The notes below the pieces were generated by a model. It was given only the letters and a program-made list of their open reading frames with translations, had not been told where the DNA came from and searched no databases. A program made the position numbers and the translations under genes. A DNA stretch of 62,575 bases, filler included, from Aduncisulcus paluster (Eukaryota), in assembly GCA_024181965.1 (NCBI GenBank). It is 7 parts of 7 records of this genome, joined end to end, with 100 filler letters (N's around TTAATTAATTAA, not from the genome) between each part and the next. Parts side by side here need not be neighbours in the genome. Positions count along the whole stretch, not along the records: positions 35,375 to 46,623 come from BQXS01010021.1; positions 46,724 to 51,529 come from BQXS01010022.1; 5 more parts are not named here. One strand, given 5' to 3'. Below are positions 35,994 through 46,725 of this stretch, one piece after another (within the stretch, counting starts at the first letter, position 1; the number at the start of each line of letters is the position of its first letter).

Positions 35994-37600
35994 GGCCATT
36001 TCATCTGCTTCGCTCTTTAAAAGATTTTCTTATGGTCATGTTGGGCAATGGTATTCCATTTTCATTTGGCGAGCCTTTACTTATCGTTCGGTTATTTCAG
36101 ATATCGAGAAAATTCAAGCATTTCTCGGGTTAATTTAAAAACAATTTTAGTATTATTGCCATAATTTTTATCGATAATAGGATTTTTTATTAATATTATT
36201 ATACAATTTTCATGATTGAACTTTATTATCACACTTTATCTAAAACCAATTTAGATAATCTTTAGATTCATTATCCAATTTCCATACAATAATCTATTTT
36301 CAATCGCCAACAGTAATATCATATCTTTTCCATAGTTGGTTTATATTTTGGTTCTATATTTGTTTATTCCCAGTTCTAAGGCACAATTCTATTATCTAAA
36401 AATTGTTGGCTTTCGTTCTGGTTGATGGATGTTTTTTATCCTATTTCCTGAACTCGTAATGATTGATACTTTTGTTCAATCATACATTAACTCAAACAAC
36501 ATTTTGAATAACTCTCATATAATTGATTTCTTCCTGAGGAGAAGGTTTGAGTTTATGAATGGTTCTATTTCTTAATGCAGCATTCATGAAATTTTGTATA
36601 TTTTTTGCTTACTACTTGTTTGTATATTTCGTATGAATCATTTTCTTTTTTTTCACGTTGTTAAAGTTAACAGTATTTTTTTGACGGATATTTCATCAAT
36701 TTGTAATCGAGTTTATTGCATTTATTCGAGAGATATTCTTGGAACACAATGTTGTTGACGCCTAACTAATTCTCTATCATTTTTCTCTTAATCCAATCAT
36801 TTTATTATTTCTTTACGAATTTATTTATTTGATATTTGAAACCCTTGCTTTTAGTTTTTGAACATCTTGTAGATCATCCATCTCATACTTTCCTTAACTT
36901 AGAGCAATCCATCATGAAAAATGGGATTTCCTTCCTGTTTTCTTTTCCTTTTCTTCTATTTCCAAGTCTTTTGATTAATATAAGTGTTGTACAGTATAAT
37001 ATTGATCTTTTTATTCATTTTTGTTCATATTGACCCCTCTGTAATGCTTCAGATACTTTGCATCGCAATTATTTTGCTATTTTTGAGTTGAAATTGTTCA
37101 TTTTATATGAAGCCACAACAGCAATAATTGGGCCTTAAAAAATCAAGATTCAGCAGAATTTTTTCATTCACATCTGATGTGACATCACCATTGTTTTCAC
37201 CGCAACTTAAAATCTGGCTCCCATATGAGTTACAACACGGAAATTTCAAGTGTTTAGAATCTAATTTCTTTACTTGACTCATTGGCAGCTTGCTTAGGCG
37301 CGTACTGACGACAAGGCATTACGTTGTGAACAAGATCTGTTCACCGAAATTCTTTGAGTTGAAATCTCAATAAAATTACCCGGATTAAAACATTTCTTGA
37401 TTCATTTCGTGATCAAGACCAAACTCACCACAAGGAAAACAAACTACAATTCGACAAATTCACGAAAAATGGCGATGTCAAAAATCTACAATCGATGTGA
37501 GAAATGGGAATAATATTCATAAAGATCTCCACAACCGCAAAGAAAAAAAAAAAAAAAATTTACAAGGATAGATAAAATTGTTGTCTGAAAGGAAAGCATA

Positions 37601-40334
37601 TTATTCTGAATCAGGTGGAACTGCCGCCCAAGTACCATCACCATTGCTTAGAAGACACCATCCACTCTCACTCAAACACTCCTTGTTATAATCTTCACTC
37701 AACAGCGGAGTTTGACGCAACAACTTCCTTAATACACTTCCAGCTTTCTTCAAAGCAGCTCGAAGGGCCTCGGTACTTGTCTCAAGGGCACTCACACGAG
37801 AGGACACAGACCCAGGGATGGCAAGACGCGACCGAGGAGTGTGAAGTAGAGAAAGAGCAGGAGACACAGACCCTGGTAACTGAGCAGCTGCATGTGGAGG
37901 AAGGTGATGAGACTCGTCCATCATCATAGAGTCTCTACTTTCAGCTCTTCTTTGCTGATCCTCCTCAAGCTGAGCATCTGACATGGGAATATGGGGAGAA
38001 AAGCCAAGGAGCTGGGAGGTTGAGGTCAGAGTTGCACCAGCATGCTCTCCAATGGTGCCGTGAGTCCCTTGCATAGAGTGCATATTCTTCTCCATGCGTT
38101 CGATTCTTTCACGAAGGCGACGCATCTCTTTCGTCATATTTCCATCGCGTTCAGCAAGAGCAGTTGAAGAAGCAGTGGCACCAACAATGTCCATCTTTCC
38201 TTCCATCACACCAATTCTCTCACTGAGACGAACAACCATCTCTTCAAGCCGTTCGATTTTGCCACGCTGATCTTCTTCCATCTCACGGAGTCTCTCCCTC
38301 ATCCGGACTTCACAGAGTCTGGAGAGGCGAGAGAATGCCGAAGCCGCAGCTGGACCCACAAATGCACTCTTGGCTGTCCGCTTCACATCTTCGACAGACG
38401 TATACACATCGGTGGAGTTTGAGGCCACTGATAGACGCTGTGTCAGGGTTCGTTTGGCGACAGTCATGACGGGTGCACATGAACGAATACTGGAATTATA
38501 GTTGCGTGAAAGAATGATACCAAAGTGGCAAGTCGGAGAGAGGGACGAAGAAATAGTAAATGAAACCGGAGCTGTAGAGGAAGAAGAAGGTGAAACCGAG
38601 GAGGATGAAGCCTGGTGGCTTGATGCTGACATCCCAAGGCTTGCAGATGAGGAAAATAGCGCAGAAGGGGTGGAAGGAAGGAGACTATTCTTCATTCCGT
38701 GTCCTTTAGGACCTTTACCCTCTCCTGTGCCCTCTCCAATCTCATCGTCACCTTCCATGTGCACTTTCTCTGAAGACTCCTTATTTTCAGTCATGTTTTG
38801 GGAGAGGGACGAGGACAAAGCGAAGACAGCCTTCTCAAGACCCTCCATTGAGGCTTTTCTCAAGGGGGCGAAAGGGATCGTTGGGAGAAGGTTTGTACGT
38901 AGATGCTCAAGACACACGGCAAGAGTACGTCTGTGAAGCTTAAATAGAGTTGCAGTATTGGTTGGAAGACGAACTTGGTTCATCGTTTCAACATATTTCC
39001 TTTCGCTATCATATACAAGGGACTCACAAGCAAGAACACACACTAAACTATCAAAATTACACAAAAACAGAGCTGATCCTGCAGCGGTACTGACCTTTGA
39101 AGACGATTTTGGTCCACTTCCAATAGATCCGACAGACATTGACCTCCCTTGCTTTTTATCCATCTCTTGCTGGGTTGTTTGAGCTACAATCTGTTGAGGT
39201 TCGAAAGAAAGTCCAGAATTATCCTTAAACCCTTCTTTGGCGACTACTTTTGGGAAAATTCCCTGTGGGGTGGAGGAAGGAATAGTTGAATGAGGCAACA
39301 TGAAGTGCAGACCCGAAACAATTTGAGTAACACAAAGACCATCCAATCCAACGGTACTTTCTCGTTTAACTCCATACATACGGTCTGCACGCATTGGGGC
39401 AAGGGTTGCATGGATATGTTCATGGTCATAAGAGGCAACAGATCGTGTAACACACTTGAACACATGGGGGTGGGGAGATATCAGTAAAAATTGTTGAGAC
39501 CGAGGTAAAAAGCGCACACAGGCATCTTCAGCAAGGCGTTCAATTCCACCTACCCCTCNNNNNNNNNNNNNNNNNNNNATGAGGCAACATGAAGTGCAGA
39601 CCCGAAACAATTTGAGTAACACAAAGACCATCCAATCCAACGGTACTTTCTCGTTTAACTCCATACATACGGTCTGCACGCATTGGGGCAAGGGTTGCAT
39701 GGATATGTTCATGGTCATAAGAGGCAACAGATCGTGTAACACACTTGAACACATGGGGGTGGGGAGATATCAGTAAAAATTGTTGAGACCGAGGTAAAAA
39801 GCGCACACAGGCATCTTCAGCAAGGCGTTCAATTCCACCTACCCCTCCCCAACCGTGAACACACACAGCTACCACTGGCATAAGAGAATGATGGGGTGAT
39901 CCGGCAGAAAGTTCAGCTAAACATGCATAGATTTGCCTGAGAAGGAAAATATCTGATCTATTGACTGTTCTATAGGAATGGACACAAATACATGATGAAA
40001 GAGATATGGCAGCACGCAATAATGATTTAAAAGGTTGATTATGTGATATTTCTTCAAAAACATTATATCCTTCCAAAACTAAAGCAGATTCAATACTATT
40101 TCCATCGCTAGAATGCGAGTTTGTGATAATTCTAATACGTGGTTTACATTCATCTGAAAGAACGGGTTTTAAATTCCCATTCCCTTTATGAGAAGAAGGA
40201 TCGGCATATAAATGTAGAGTTATATTCAGAGAATACTTCCATCCTAATTTTTCCCATAATGCTCGAAGGGTAGAGGACGAGAATGCAAGGGATTCACCAA
40301 ACGCACACCCAATTAATGGAGCATTAAATGACAT
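37601..40334 (-). CDS. Guanylate-binding protein (GBP/atlastin)-like protein with degenerate G domain and C-terminal coiled coil; one gene split by a gap duplication
   Basis: Joins 39540-40334 and 37601-39558. GBP-like blocks LVLEG, LLRAAISLSSCICVHSYRTVN, MPVVAVCVHGW, VRFLPRSQQFLLISP, KYVETMNQVRLPTNTATLFKLHR. No GxxxxGKS in the G1 position. Confidence 0.55.
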
Positions 40335-40519
40335 TTGATAAAATACACTGTTTTCTTGTTCAAATTGGGACCAAAAGGCAGCCGATAACAGAAAACGAAA
40401 TTTGAATGTTTTAAAGAAAACTTTTGATTAAATGCCAGGTAAATTGGCAAAAATTTTATCCGAAATTTATTCAAAATTCAAATATTCTCAAAATAAAGTG
40501 AAGAAAACTGAAAAATCCT

Positions 40520-41403
40520 TTACTCATCTAATCCTCTTTGAATTTCCTTTTTAATGGTTTCAACGGCAAGTTTTCTATCTTTTGCCTTGAAAACTGCGGA
40601 ACCGGCAACAGCTACATTAGCACCAGCCTTCCCACAAGCATATGCTGTTTCAGGACTTACTCCTCCATCAACCTGAATCATTAGATCTGGTCTTCTCTTT
40701 CTGAGTTTAGCTACCTTTGGGAGCATGTCTCTCATAAAAGATTGACCGCCAAAGCCAGGCTCTACAGTCATTACAAGGACCATATCAACAGCACTGAGAA
40801 TCGAATCGGAGATGGCGGAAGCGGGTGTCTTTGGTTTAATTGTTATTCCCACTTTCATTGTTGTTTCCTTACGAACACGGGAAATGAGAGCTAATATTGA
40901 TTCTTCAGATGGGCATGCTTCTAAATGAAAATTAAACAAATCTGCTCCTGCATCAGCGAATGGTGTGACATATTTTTCAGGGTTTTCGACCATCAAGTGG
41001 CAATCAAGAAATCCTTTTGTGTGAGGACGGAGGGATTTGACAACACAGGGACCTATTGTTAAGTTGGGAACAAAATGACTTCAAAAAATTAATAAATTGG
41101 TATCATATATAACAGGACAATGAAATGATAATTATTAAAAAACCAAATAAGCAAAGTAGATAGAGAAAAAATGAAGGAGTAATTCACCTACAAATCCTAT
41201 ATATAATAAACAAAAAATGTGAGTAAAGGAGCGAAAAATGAAAAATGAAATATCAAAATGAACAAGGTCAGATCGAAACGTACCATAACATCGACATGAA
41301 GCCAATCAGCTCCTTTTTCCAATATTTCATTTGATTCAATGGCCAATTTTGAAAAATCACATGATAATAATGATGGGGCCACAAGTGCTTTTGAACAATC
41401 CAT
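40520..41403 (-). CDS. RPE: Ribulose-phosphate 3-epimerase; exons 41403-41284, 41196-41192 (5 nt), 41078-40520; 227 aa
   Basis: VAPSLLSCDF, WLHVDVM-DF-HFVPNLTIG, DCHLMVENP, FHLE, LVMTVEPGFGGQSFM, VDGGV, AGANVAVAGSAVF. GT-AG introns of 87 and 113 nt. Confidence 0.93.
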
Positions 41404-41752
41404 TCAGATTTTGTCAGAAAATGCTCATCTTGAAAATGAATAGGCATTTTCAGAAAAAATCAAAATATAAAGCTAACGAAACAAATTAATATCCATTTTG
41501 GCTTTTGAATATTATTTTTCTTGATTTCAAACCCTTGTCATTGGCGGAATGGAGAGCATTAGCAATATGCAATAAGCCATAAATTAAAGCGTATTGATGT
41601 GTTTATTGGTATTTTTGCTTTTTTTTGTAGTCTGATATGTTTTCCACGAATGCGCAAAGGTTCTATTTTCGGCGCAGAACATTTTCACAGTATTGTTGCG
41701 TATTTGATCGAACATTTGTGGCGTAACTTAAAATCCATTTGAATTTTTGAAT
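41404..41752. promoter_or_regulatory. Putative bidirectional promoter between RPE and TK
   Basis: 349-bp AT-rich interval between head-to-head ATGs. Similar short divergent spacers at 8393-8784, 27932-28174 and 55708-56122. Confidence 0.45.
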
Positions 41753-42397
41753 ATGACAGGAAGAATTGAATTAATATGTGGTCCCATGTTTAGTGGAAAA
41801 TCGACAGAACTCCTTCGCCGAGCAAATCGCTTCTTACTCTCTCAACATTCTGTTTTGGTTATAAAATATCATAAAGATAATAGATATTCTGAAATGTGTG
41901 TGGCTACTCATGATAAAACAACAATGAAAGCGATTTCTTGTGCCAAATTACTCTCACCACAAATGAAAGCAAAAATTGCTGATAATTCTGTTATTGCAAT
42001 TGATGAAGGACAATTTTTCCCAGATTTAGTTGATTTTTGTGAATTGGCTGCATGCTCGGGGTGTGTTGTAATGGTGGCTGCTTTGGATGCTGATTTCCTA
42101 AGAAGGCCATTTGCTCAAATCGCTGAATTGATTCCTAAGGCTGAAAAAATTGATAAATTAACTGCAATTTGTAAAGAATGTTTTAAAGAAGCCTCATTTT
42201 CCTTTAGGAAAGTCGATAGTGATGCTCTTGAATTGATCGGTTCCAAAGAAGTTTATATTCCTGTTTGTAGGCATTGTTATTTTGAATTACAGCGTGAAAA
42301 GGAAAGCAAAAGAGCAATGAAAACAAAGATTTCTTCGGCAAAAACTCAACCTAGGGCTATTTTATCCCATTCATTCGAAATTGAAGAAGAAACGTAA
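41753..42397 (+). CDS. TK1: Thymidine kinase (TK1 family)
   Basis: GRIELICGPMFSGKSTEL, DNRY, VIAIDEGQFF, VAALDADFLRRPF, KLTAICKEC, IGSKEVYIPVCRHCY. Confidence 0.96.
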   Translation: MTGRIELICGPMFSGKSTELLRRANRFLLSQHSVLVIKYHKDNRYSEMCVATHDKTTMKAISCAKLLSPQMKAKIADNSVIAIDEGQFFPDLVDFCELAACSGCVVMVAALDADFLRRPFAQIAELIPKAEKIDKLTAICKECFKEASFSFRKVDSDALELIGSKEVYIPVCRHCYFELQREKESKRAMKTKISSAKTQPRAILSHSFEIEEET

Positions 42398-42556
42398 TTT
42401 CTCTTCAGTTCTATTGATTCAACAATTATTTTAACATCAATATTTTAATTTCCATCGATTTTTTATTTAATAAATATATTTTATACCCTTATTTAGTGTC
42501 TTGTTTTTCTTTTGTGCTTGATTTGGTCAAGTACACTCTGATCTAAAGATTCCATA

Positions 42557-45500
42557 ATGATATCATGGAAATCAATTGTATGTAATTGTTGTTTATGGAA
42601 TTAATTCATCGTTATTTTCCCATTTTATTTATTTTTTCCCCTCGCCTTTTTCATTTGTCATGTTCTTTTAGACTCGCCTAGAGTTAGATAATTTTATTAA
42701 CGGATCAGAAATATCAGAGAAAATTATTAAAAAGATTTGTGATATATTTAATGCTCTACCCAGTCCAACTTGTATTTCGGAGTTTCTTGTTGCCAGAGCC
42801 TTCTCTGCATTGAAGGGTTTTGCTTTTCACGATTATATTAAGACACCATCTGGTAATGATTCAGAATTAAGAAGAAATGTTCAAGTTACAATTTCAAATG
42901 TACTTTCTAGATGTATCGAGAGTGACCATCCTGAGTCTCCTGGGTTCCTTGGAATATTAATTGGGGAAACCTTCACATTTGGATTTTCTCTGTTAAATTC
43001 TTTGTTAGAAAAACATGCAAAAAGAATGATTGATTCTATTCTCGCACTTCTGAAATCGAAACGTCTCCGACGACCGAAAAGGAAAGATCATTATCTTTCT
43101 GTATATCTTCCAAATGTTTATAATGCTATGGTCATTCTATCTTGTCAAATCTCATGTCACCTTTTTCGAACAAATCCAGACTCTCCATATTTCTCCAAGA
43201 ATCGTGGATATTTGTTTAAGCTTCAGCAAATTCTCCAATTAATTCAAAAACCAAGAATCATTTCACCAAAAACAAATCAAAGTGGCGCCTCTACTCCCTC
43301 ATTAGAAGATATTCCAACGAGGGATGATTATTCGTTTCTTCATGATTATTCAACCCAAGGTAATGGTGTTTCGACAATATTTCCCTCGAATTCGTTTCCC
43401 CACACTTCGTTATCAGTTATATTTATACTGTTTACTCTTTCATTTACTCAAAGGCCACATTTCCGAACATACCTCTCCCAAATGATCGCGCTGACCTCTT
43501 TTTCTCACATTTCATCAATTCCAATAATAATAGCAAATGAATTGATCATGGCAAAGAACAAAACACGCCTTTGGCATGATCATAAGACAAAACATTGCCG
43601 GAATTCTTCTCATCATTTGCCTGAGAGGGACTCTCAAAAGAAATATCAAGAAGATTATCAGGATACCACTGATTGTGTGACCATTTCTGAGGAAGAACGA
43701 ACAATTAGCACCAAAGATCCAGTATTTTCTGATTCAACCTCGATGATGGAGAATAGTTACATGGATTCCACGGACATGATCTCTGATTCTTCGCCACTAA
43801 TTGATCTTAATTATCCCTTGTTCTCTTCATTGCAGAATTGTATGCTTGGAAAAAGTATGAACTTTCTGTATTATTCCGAAGCTGAGCTGGGATCTATTTA
43901 TGATAGATCCTTATCTTTCCCTATAATGTCCCATCCTCATCACTTATGTCGTGATCTTAGCTCAGATTATAACCGAACAACCGATTCGATGTTCTATTTA
44001 TCCCATTCTTCCCTCACAACTTTCCTCCTTCTTTCAATAATAATTGATCCTCGGCCTTCCCATTCTCTGGGGATTCTTAGTCTTAGACCTTCATTGTTAG
44101 ATCCTTTGAGACAAAGTTATCCGCAAACATCCTTCACTTCTCCTATCCTTGCTTCATCATCAGGCGAGAATAGTCCTCTTCAGGTAAGAAACTTTTTGTT
44201 CAACGAAATCTGTCTTCACTCTTCCGGCAGCATAAAATCATCAAGGTTCTCCCCATCTATCAGCATTGTTTCATCTTCTTCGGGGGAAACATCAATGTTC
44301 TATTCTCAGTTTTTAATGCCTTCCGTTGATTCTTCGATTTCCTCTATATCCAGGTCGCCACCTTCCAGACTGGGTTCAATTTTACCGTTGCCCGCCTCTT
44401 CTTGCCCAATTCTTTCAGCGTCTCCTCTTCTTTCTCTCGCTAGTACTCTTGCTTTCTGTCTGTGTGTCGAGGATGCATTCAAAGATTGGATTGGCGAATT
44501 TCCTTGGAATGTAGTTTCCATCCCGGAGGTGATTAGTTCCCAGTGTAAAGGAATAACAAAAGCTGGTAACCGCTGTTTGCAGCACACACTACTTGATAAT
44601 GGGTTTTGTTGTCTTCACCAAAATCAAACTGATGATAAGATATGCACTGGAATGACCAAATCCTCTGTGGATGATTATAAAATGAAAATCAAGGCGGGGA
44701 AATTATCAGTAGATCTTCCAGCTTATTCTGTGAAAGCTCCTTCAAATAATAACAATATAAACTCAGAGAAATTTGCTGATGATAGAACTCATGACAAATC
44801 CTCAGGTCTTGATATTATCCACTCTTCTTCTTCAAGTTCTGGTGAGTCGGATCACATTCTCTACTTTTCAGAGCGATCCCCTGAGTTTGCGACTCCACTT
44901 GTGCACAAAGTCTCTTCACCTTCAACGCGCGAATCTTCTCTATTCTCCCCATTTTCGCCCTCGGATGATGAAGAAACCGAAGTTCATACATCTGTAAATG
45001 ATGAAGAGTCTGGATCGCATTCTTATTCAATGGATTTAGATGGGAATTCTTTTCCTAGCATTGGTGAAACTAGTCCAAGATCTCATACCCGGTTTCAAAC
45101 TATTTCATCAGAAGGAGTGTATATAATATGTGAAGTTATTAACAAATTGAACAGACTTCTTGGAATGACTCTGCGTAGAAGGAATGGGAACTTAAATCAA
45201 TCATCTTCAGTGGCTGACGGAAGACGAATTCAAATGATTGGGAGTTTCTCAAGATTCTCTGATATCGGTGTCAATGCCACTGATATTGATGAGGATGATA
45301 ATAGTTCAATATCTGGTTCTTCAACGGGTCCTGGTCATACTACTTTCAAACATGACCAGCAACCATCACAGAATCCTGGCGACTCGGGAGAAAGAGGAAA
45401 GATTCCTCATTTTCTATCCTCTGTACATGCTGAAGATAATAGTCTTGCCAGTAGTATCTCTGCTATTCTTTGGATATGTTCCACCATTTTGGCAAGAGTT

Positions 45501-46623
45501 CGTATCATGGCATTGGACTTTGAAGATGCATTTGGTCCGAGAAAATCAATCGATATTTTATCTCAATCGGCCAATCCTGAACAGCAACATCCCCCACGCA
45601 TGCATAAACGGGGACTCAGTGATGGTGGCGGAAGGAATGGTCCGATGAGTGATGTTTTCCTTGATATGGATGATATGAAAAAAGAGAGGAGAGCCTCCTT
45701 TGTTCATGGAAGACTTGTTCAAACAAGCCACTTGGCAGCTGAATTACAACATGAATCGGCTCAATCTGACTCCTATGTAACTCTTATTCGACACATTACT
45801 CGCAGTCTTCACACATTATATTCCTCCTCTCTCTCCTTATTCTCCTCCCTTCATGATCAGTGTGCTTTGAGTCTTGCCATTTGCATATGTGTCCAAATAT
45901 GGGAAGGAAATGAAAGGATTAAATACATGTTACGATCTGTCAAGGAAATTATGCTCGAATCAAATCGTTTGTTCATTCAATATGTTGATTCGGCCAAATC
46001 GGCAAGGAGAAGGCATATATCTCAACCCAGACCCCAAGAATTCTTCTCTCCAGGATTGGCTACCTTCAACCAATCTGTTATCCCCAGTATCTTCCCGAAA
46101 TGTTTATCTTTCCTTTGTGTCCATTCAATCTATTTGTTTGATCAATGTAGCATTGCTTGTTCCTCACCTTCATCGATGTTTCTATCTGAGGTATTCCTCT
46201 CCAGTGTCCATTTACTCGTTAATGCTCTTAAAATGTCACCTTCTGTGGTTCCTCCTTTATTTCCATTCCTATCTCCAATTTCCGTTTCTTTATCTTTGCT
46301 TCCTGTGCTTTCGAAGAAAGAAATAGATGGTCTTTATAAACTATGGGGTTGTTTGTCCATCATTGGAGCTACAGACAGGTCTGATAACTCAATTGGTCGC
46401 TTCGAATCATATAATCTTGGTTCAGGACAGTTATCTCACTATTCCCTTCGTTCCATGCATTATTTGAGCGCACGAAGGAACTTTGACATGCCATTATACG
46501 GTACACTCAATGAGGAAGGTATTGATAACTCGAATGGTATCATTATGATGGAACATTGGCTCCATCAGATCGCGATATGCACACCTCCACGTGTGTGGGG
46601 AAGGAAAGGAGTTGGTAGACGAG
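42557..46623 (+). CDS. Large protein, probable N-terminal solenoid of phosphatidylinositol 4-kinase III alpha (Stt4/PI4KA); 3'-partial
   Basis: Exon 1 42557-42577 (MISWKSI), intron 42578-42671 (GTATGT...TTTAG), in frame with ORF 42810. The end segment PLFPFLSPISVSLSLLPVL..LYKLWGCLSIIG..WLHQIAICTPP resembles PI4KA LGVLIPVIAVLTRRLP..FRDFWLYSVLMG..EIATKSP. No kinase domain within the contig. Confidence 0.5.
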
Positions 46624-46725
46624 NNNNNNNNNNNNNNNNNNNNNNNNNNNNNNNNNNNNNNNNNNNNTTAATTAATTAANNNNNNNNNNNNNNNNNNNNN
46701 NNNNNNNNNNNNNNNNNNNNNNNCT

